From Thermoleophilia bacterium (GTDB lineage Bacteria; Actinomycetota; Thermoleophilia; Gaiellales; SKUG01): 57,385 nucleotides of DNA. Of this stretch, positions 52,374 to 57,385 are shown one piece after another; the first letter of the stretch is position 1, and every line of letters begins with the position of its first letter. The notes under the pieces are model-generated. The model was not told where the DNA came from. It saw only the letters and a program-made list of their open reading frames with translations, and did not search any database. Location of the stretch: NCBI GenBank assembly GCA_039811765.1, contig JBDHZF010000002.1, forward strand, positions 1 through 57,385, given 5' to 3'. The position numbers and the translations under genes were made by a program.

Positions 52374-53009
52374 ATGGGCCGCTATCTCGGACCAAAGGAA
52401 CGCCTCTCGCGCCGCGCCGGCGTGGAACTCGGCCTCAAGGGCGAACGCGCGCTCAAAGGCAAGAGCGCGCTCGAACGCCGCGGCCAGCTCGCCCCCGGTC
52501 AGCACGGAAGACGCCCTCGCCGCCTGAGCACCTACGGCGAGCAACTGCTCGAGAAGCAGAAGGCGCGCTGGTGCTACGGCATCCGCGAGAAGCAGTTCCG
52601 CCGCTACGCACGCGAGGCGATCCGCAAGCGCTCGGACGAGACCGTGGCAGGCGAGCGCCTGTTGGCGCTCCTCGAAACGCGACTCGACAACATCGTGTTC
52701 CGACTCGGATTCGCTTCGACGCGCGCACAAGCTCGACAATTCGTCTCCCACGGCCATGTGACCGTGAACGGCCGACGCCTCGACATCGCTTCCGCACGTG
52801 TGAAGCCCGGCGACACCGTGGCCATTCGATCGGGCGCGCCGGTGATCGAGCTCGCGACGGCGGCGTTCGCCGACGTGCATCGCCTCCCCGCATGGGTTGC
52901 CGCCGACGGCGACGCGCTCACGGGCACGGTCTTGCGCCTGCCGACGCTCGACGAGATCGACACGCCCGTGAACGAACAGCTGATCATCGAGTACTACTCG
53001 CGGGTCTGA
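52374..53009 (+). CDS. rpsD: 30S ribosomal protein S4
   Basis: MGRYLGPKERLSRRAGVEL..., and the S4 domain LETRLDNIVFRLGFASTRAQARQFVSHGHVTVNG. Confidence 0.95.
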   Translation: MGRYLGPKERLSRRAGVELGLKGERALKGKSALERRGQLAPGQHGRRPRRLSTYGEQLLEKQKARWCYGIREKQFRRYAREAIRKRSDETVAGERLLALLETRLDNIVFRLGFASTRAQARQFVSHGHVTVNGRRLDIASARVKPGDTVAIRSGAPVIELATAAFADVHRLPAWVAADGDALTGTVLRLPTLDEIDTPVNEQLIIEYYSRV

Positions 53010-53011
53010 TC

Positions 53012-53581
53012 ATGTGCCAACACCGACCGAACACCGCGTCGCACTGGCGTCACGCGCAGCGAATCGCACTCGCGCTCGACGTGGATCACGGCGAGGCGGA
53101 CGCGCGCGTGGACGAGCTCGCGGCTCGCGTTCGAATCGAACTCGCGGACGGAGCGAGCGCGCCCCGGTCCGCTGCGCGCGTTGCCATCGACTCGCTGCGC
53201 CTGCTCGCCGATTCGCAGTGCCGCGCCACGTCGAGCTTGCTGCCGCCCTCCGCGGCGAGCACGGGCCGCGGGCATGAACTCGCGTGTGTGCTCGTGCTGA
53301 TGGAAGCATGCCGACGCGCGGGCGCCGATGTTCGACTCGCGGCGAGCGACGACACGCTCGTGCTGCTGGTGGGCGACGATCGCGGTTGGGGAGCCGTCGC
53401 TCCCCGGTGGGGCGCGCTCGACTGGGTGGCGCTTCCGGTCGCGGCCGCGATCGACCAATCGTTCCACGCATGTTGCGCGCACGACGCGTCGCGCATGCTG
53501 CTCGCCTTGCTCGCGCCAGTACTGCCAAGCGAGCAGCTCTTGGACGCGATGCAGCTCGCGGACGAACTCACCGCCGCGTGA
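53012..53581 (+). CDS. hypothetical protein (189 aa), possibly a degenerate transglutaminase-like fold
   Basis: ATG 2 nt after the rpsD stop. High GC3. ELACVLVLMEACRRAGADVRL resembles a transglutaminase-core Cys context, but this is weak. Confidence 0.5.
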   Translation: MCQHRPNTASHWRHAQRIALALDVDHGEADARVDELAARVRIELADGASAPRSAARVAIDSLRLLADSQCRATSSLLPPSAASTGRGHELACVLVLMEACRRAGADVRLAASDDTLVLLVGDDRGWGAVAPRWGALDWVALPVAAAIDQSFHACCAHDASRMLLALLAPVLPSEQLLDAMQLADELTAA

Positions 53582-54485
53582 GGCGTAGATGCAGCGCGAG
53601 CGAGCACACGCCCGCCACCGCCATGCCGCCGAGGTTGATCGTCAGCGTGATCATCGAGTCGAGCGCCGCGCGCTGGTCGCCGTAGGCGAGCAACGTCGCC
53701 GCGTCCGCGGCGGCGGGGATGGTGGTGACGCTGATCAGTACGCCGATCAACGTGCCCGATCGGTTGCTGGTGATCGCGAGCGTGCCGGCGACGCCCGCGA
53801 TGAGCGCGATCACGATTGACAACACGCCCGGGGACGCCACCTCGGCGACGATTCCGGTGAATGCCAAGCGTGAATCGAAGACGCCAGCGGCCCGCATCGC
53901 GAGCACGAAGAGCGATGCGGCCACGATCGCCGCGCCGAACCCCACGAAGATGCTCGCGACGCCGTCGCGAACGCGGCGGGCGTCGCGGTCGATCACGCCA
54001 ACGATCATGTTCGCGAGCGGGCCGAACTCGGGTCCGAGCACCATCGCTCCCACGACGAGGATCGCCGAATTGGTGATCACGCCTATCGCGCCGAGGAGCG
54101 TCGCGAGCACCATGAACGCGATGAACGACCAGCTCGGGGAGCGCTCTTCGTCGAGTTGGTCGCGCACGAGTTGCCAGACGACGGCGTCGGACGCGGCGCC
54201 ACGCGCGTCGCGTTCGGCGCGATCTGCGCCAACGCTCAAGTGCGCGAGGGTCGGTTGCACGCTCACCGAACACGCGCCGTCCTCCAACCCTGATTGGGTC
54301 AGCGCCTCGATGAGCGCGTCGGCGTCCTCGCGCGGAACATCGCACGCGACGATGTCGCCCGGCGGCTGCACGAGCGCGCCGCGAATGCGCACGCGGTTGA
54401 TCGCGTTCGGACTCGCCGCGAGCAATTCGACGGCGGTGTCGGCATGCTCGTTCGGTGCATGCACCTCTACGCGAAGCAGCGTCAC
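53568..54485 (-). CDS. DUF389-family membrane protein
   Basis: 305 aa. Soluble N-terminal domain (MTLLRVEVHAPNEHADTAVELL) followed by Gly/Ala-rich TM helices, as in DUF389/TIGR00341 proteins. Confidence 0.75.
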   Translation of the reverse strand: MTLLRVEVHAPNEHADTAVELLAASPNAINRVRIRGALVQPPGDIVACDVPREDADALIEALTQSGLEDGACSVSVQPTLAHLSVGADRAERDARGAASDAVVWQLVRDQLDEERSPSWSFIAFMVLATLLGAIGVITNSAILVVGAMVLGPEFGPLANMIVGVIDRDARRVRDGVASIFVGFGAAIVAASLFVLAMRAAGVFDSRLAFTGIVAEVASPGVLSIVIALIAGVAGTLAITSNRSGTLIGVLISVTTIPAAADAATLLAYGDQRAALDSMITLTINLGGMAVAGVCSLALHLRLTRR

Positions 54486-54503
54486 CTGAGCGCTCCCGTC
54501 GCG

Positions 54504-55241
54504 CTACTCGACGCGGGCCTCGGCCATCTTCTCGAGCTGCTCCTTCATGCGAGCAACTTCCTCGTCGCTCGGCCCGAAGCCGTCGAGTTCGGGCAGGGCA
54601 CCCAAGCTCGACAACCCGAACGCGCGCTCGAAGTGCGCGGTCGTGCGAAACAACACCGCGCCGCTATCGCTGCGCCCGGCTTCCTCGATGAAGCCGCGCT
54701 CCATCAGGCCGTTCATCGCGGCATCGACGCTCACGCCGCGGATCTTCGCCAAGTCGGGGCGGCTCACCGGCTGCAGGTACGCCACAATCGCGAGCGTCTC
54801 GACCGCGCTGGGCGACAACTTCGTGTCGCCTTGCGGCCGCGTCATGCGGCGAAGCACGGTCTCGCAATTGTCGGCGGCGCGAAACGCCCACCCACCGGCG
54901 ACACGCTCCAGCACGATGCCGCGCGAACCTTCCGCCCACGCATGCATCATGTCGACGAGGCACTCGTGCAGATCGTCCTCGTCCTCGTCGGTGAACTCCG
55001 CGAGCTGCGCGGTGGTGAGCGGCGTGGGCGAGACGAACAGCAACGCTTCGAGCTGATACTCGAGCGCCGGACCGACGATCTCGCGATCATTCGACGCCGT
55101 GGGCCGAAGCTGCGCCACCGGCGCGTCTGCGAGCCCCTCGTCGGTTGCCGGCTGATCCGCGCGCGGACGCAGGGTGACGACGTTCGTCTCCGCGTCCTGT
55201 TGCTCGTCGACCGGCGGTTCGGTGATCGTGGTGTCGGTCAT
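54504..55241 (-). CDS. scpB: segregation and condensation protein B
   Basis: ATG 55241 overlaps the scpA stop (ATGA). LEALLFVSPTPLT, VAGGWAFR and IVAYLQPVSRPDLAKIRGV. Confidence 0.88.
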   Translation of the reverse strand: MTDTTITEPPVDEQQDAETNVVTLRPRADQPATDEGLADAPVAQLRPTASNDREIVGPALEYQLEALLFVSPTPLTTAQLAEFTDEDEDDLHECLVDMMHAWAEGSRGIVLERVAGGWAFRAADNCETVLRRMTRPQGDTKLSPSAVETLAIVAYLQPVSRPDLAKIRGVSVDAAMNGLMERGFIEEAGRSDSGAVLFRTTAHFERAFGLSSLGALPELDGFGPSDEEVARMKEQLEKMAEARVE

Positions 55242-56032
55242 GCGGTCTGGGCTCCCCTGCCTGACGAGTCGGCTGTCCCTGCCGACGCTGCTTCGCTGCT
55301 GCCGTCCACGTGCTCGGTCGCCTCGCGACGAGTCACCGTGATCGGTCCGAATCGATCGTCCTGCGCGAGCATCACGTGCCCGGCCTTGCACAGCTCGAGC
55401 GCCGCGACGAACGCCACCGCCTGATCCAAGCGCGTGAGTCCCTCGACGGCCTCGTCGAGCGAGAAGCTGCGACGCTTGTGCAGCACGCCGAGCAGTCGTC
55501 CGGTCATCTCGTGCACGGACGCGTGCCGCCCCACGAGGTGGCGCACGTCGACGTCTGGCTGCGCGAGCAGCACCGTCATCGAGCGATGCAGCAACATCGG
55601 ATCGAGCGTGGGGCCCTCGTACAGCCCCGTCTGCCGTTTCACGGGCCGCGCCGCGATGCGCCAGAAACGATCCACGCCTGCTCGGTCGCCGAGCCATGCG
55701 GCCGCGCCTTTGAACGTGGTGTAGCGAACGAGCCGATCGAGCATCTCTTCCTGCGATTCGATGCTGCTCGGATCGACGATGTCCAGCTCGGCTTCCTGAT
55801 CGAGCAGGTCGCGCGCCTTGATCTCCATCAGTCCCGCGACGAGCAGCAGGAATTCGCCCGCGGTGTTCGGATCGATGCGCTCCTCGTGCGCGAGACGCTG
55901 CACGTAGCCGACGACGATCTCGGCGAGCGGCACGTCCTCGATCGGCAGCTCGCGCCGCAGCAGCACCGAGCACAGCAAGTCCAACGGACCCGCGTAGGTG
56001 TCGAGATCGAGCTGAAGGGCGGCAATCTGCAT
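55238..56032 (-). CDS. scpA: segregation and condensation protein A (kleisin)
   Basis: 264 aa. YAGPLDLLCSVLLRRELPIEDVPLAEI and EFLLLVAGLMEIKARDLL. Confidence 0.9.
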   Translation of the reverse strand: MQIAALQLDLDTYAGPLDLLCSVLLRRELPIEDVPLAEIVVGYVQRLAHEERIDPNTAGEFLLLVAGLMEIKARDLLDQEAELDIVDPSSIESQEEMLDRLVRYTTFKGAAAWLGDRAGVDRFWRIAARPVKRQTGLYEGPTLDPMLLHRSMTVLLAQPDVDVRHLVGRHASVHEMTGRLLGVLHKRRSFSLDEAVEGLTRLDQAVAFVAALELCKAGHVMLAQDDRFGPITVTRREATEHVDGSSEAASAGTADSSGRGAQTA

Positions 56033-56077
56033 CGATGGGGAGTGTACCGACCACGTCGGACGGTCGGTCCACTTCGA

Positions 56078-57106
56078 CTACCGGCTGAGGGTTCCCGGTG
56101 CCGCGACCGGCAGCAGCCCCACGCGGTCCACTACGCGCGCGAGGGTCGCCGACGCGACCTCGCGTGCGCGCTCGGCCCCGCTCGCGAGGATCCGCTCGAG
56201 CTCGCCGCGGTCGTCCATCAGCTCGTGGTAGCGCGCCTGGATCGGGGCCAGATGCGCGGCCACCGCTTCACCCACGGCCACCTTGAAGTCGCCGTAGCGC
56301 CCGTGGTCGTGCTCGGCCTCGAGCTCGGCGATCGACCGCCCCGTCACCACGTGCAGCAGCTCGAGCAGGTTCGACACGCCGGGTTTCGCCTCCGGGTCGT
56401 AGCGCACCTCGGCATCGCTGTCGGTGACCGCCGACTTGAACTTTTTCACGATCTTCGCCGAATCGTCGAGCATCCACACGGTGCCCTTCTCCGAGCCGGT
56501 GCTCGTCGACATCTTGCGAGACGGGTCCTGCAGATCCATCACCCTCGCGCCCACTTCCGCGATGATCGGCTCCGGCACCTTGAGCACGACGTCCCCTTCG
56601 CCGCGCCCGTAGCGGTTGTTGAAGCGCTGCGCGAGGTTGCGCGCGAGCTCGATGTGCTGCTTCTGGTCGGCGCCCACGGGCACGCGATCGGCGTCGTACG
56701 CCATGATGTCCGCTGCCATCAGCGTGGGGTACGTGAAGATGCCGACGGACGTGGCGTCACCCTTGCCGTCGCTCTTGTCCTTGTACTGGGTCATGCGGTT
56801 CAGCTCGCCCATGCGCGCGACGCATTGCAGCACCCACGCGAGCTGCGTGTGCTCGGCCGCCACGTGGCTCTGCACGAACAGCGTGGAGCGCTCGGGATCC
56901 ACGCCTGCGGCGAGCAGCATCGCAGCGGTCTTGAGAGTCGTCTCCAACTGATCCGCCGGGTCGGGCAGCAGCGTGAGCGCGTGCAGGTCGGCGATGAAGT
57001 AGAACGCCTCGCCGAGCTCCTGGTCGGTCACGTAGTGGCGGATCGCTCCGATGTAGTTGCCCAGGTGCTTGTCGCCGGTGTTCTGGATGCCGCTGAGGAT
57101 TCGCAT
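56078..57106 (-). CDS. trpS: tryptophan--tRNA ligase
   Basis: ATG 57106 (MRILSGIQNTGDKHLGNYIG = HIGH region) and KMSTS. The track ORF extension to 57361 is leader sequence. Confidence 0.93.
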   Translation of the reverse strand: MRILSGIQNTGDKHLGNYIGAIRHYVTDQELGEAFYFIADLHALTLLPDPADQLETTLKTAAMLLAAGVDPERSTLFVQSHVAAEHTQLAWVLQCVARMGELNRMTQYKDKSDGKGDATSVGIFTYPTLMAADIMAYDADRVPVGADQKQHIELARNLAQRFNNRYGRGEGDVVLKVPEPIIAEVGARVMDLQDPSRKMSTSTGSEKGTVWMLDDSAKIVKKFKSAVTDSDAEVRYDPEAKPGVSNLLELLHVVTGRSIAELEAEHDHGRYGDFKVAVGEAVAAHLAPIQARYHELMDDRGELERILASGAERAREVASATLARVVDRVGLLPVAAPGTLSR

Positions 57107-57385
57107 GCGCGAGAGTCTATCCCGCGGCCGCATGGGGCTGAGGCTCGGGACGGTCGCGGCCGCTCGCCTGGCCCCGCCACACGCTGGATCGGTGCGTGAA
57201 CGAGGATCTCGATACCGAAACCGTTCGAAGGTCTCACCCTGAATCCACCGTTTTCGCGGTGACCGCTTGAAGAAGAAGGTGCCTTGACTCAGTATCCATG
57301 CCGGTTTCTCACGACTGACATGGTTCCGAGGAAAGGCACCTTCCGGATGCAATCTTCGCATACGCTCGATCGCGTTGCTGTGATG
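57107..57385 (-). promoter_or_regulatory. long, lower-GC, hairpin-rich leader upstream of trpS (attenuator or T-box-like element not established)
   Basis: On the minus-strand RNA, GAAGGTGCCTT ... AAGGCACCTTC forms an 11-bp stem followed by TTCTTCAAG, then CACCG-cgaaaa-CGGTG and AGGGTGAGACC. At least 279 nt without an ORF. Confidence 0.3.

Overview
High-GC (about 70%) chromosomal segment with Actinomycetota-like housekeeping synteny; the taxon is inferred, not proven. Most genes are on the minus strand. In coordinate order they are: an atypical dcw cell-wall cluster (murE, murF, mraY, ftsW, and one ORF fusing MurG, MurC and a MurB-like domain); HU; an HD hydrolase; the riboflavin genes; def-fmt-rsmB; priA; metK; gpsA; der; a cmk-plsC fusion; aroA; aroF; rluB; rpsD; scpA and scpB; and trpS. 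Several accessory insertions sit among them. (1) At 14.6-21.3 kb a two-gene surface module is present three times: a small Cys-rich secreted protein followed by a signal-peptide, two-domain, C-terminally anchored protein. This is my best candidate for an undescribed system. (2) Two paralogous DUF559/AbiEi-like cassettes are bracketed by locus-specific repeats, and one of them occupies the slot where murD normally lies. (3) A 3.2-kb island of atypical composition splits the rib operon. It carries vapBC, a truncated ltrA, and about 0.8 kb of structured non-coding DNA. (4) Two tandem HExxHxxQ membrane-anchored paralogues lie between priA and metK. (5) AT-enriched imperfect palindromes occur as tandem pairs with a shared 62-64 nt spacing in several intergenic regions. 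All calls rest on reading the six-frame translations, motifs recalled from memory, start-codon and RBS context, and hand-counted repeats. No database search was possible. Many long ORFs in the track are antisense artefacts of the high GC content.
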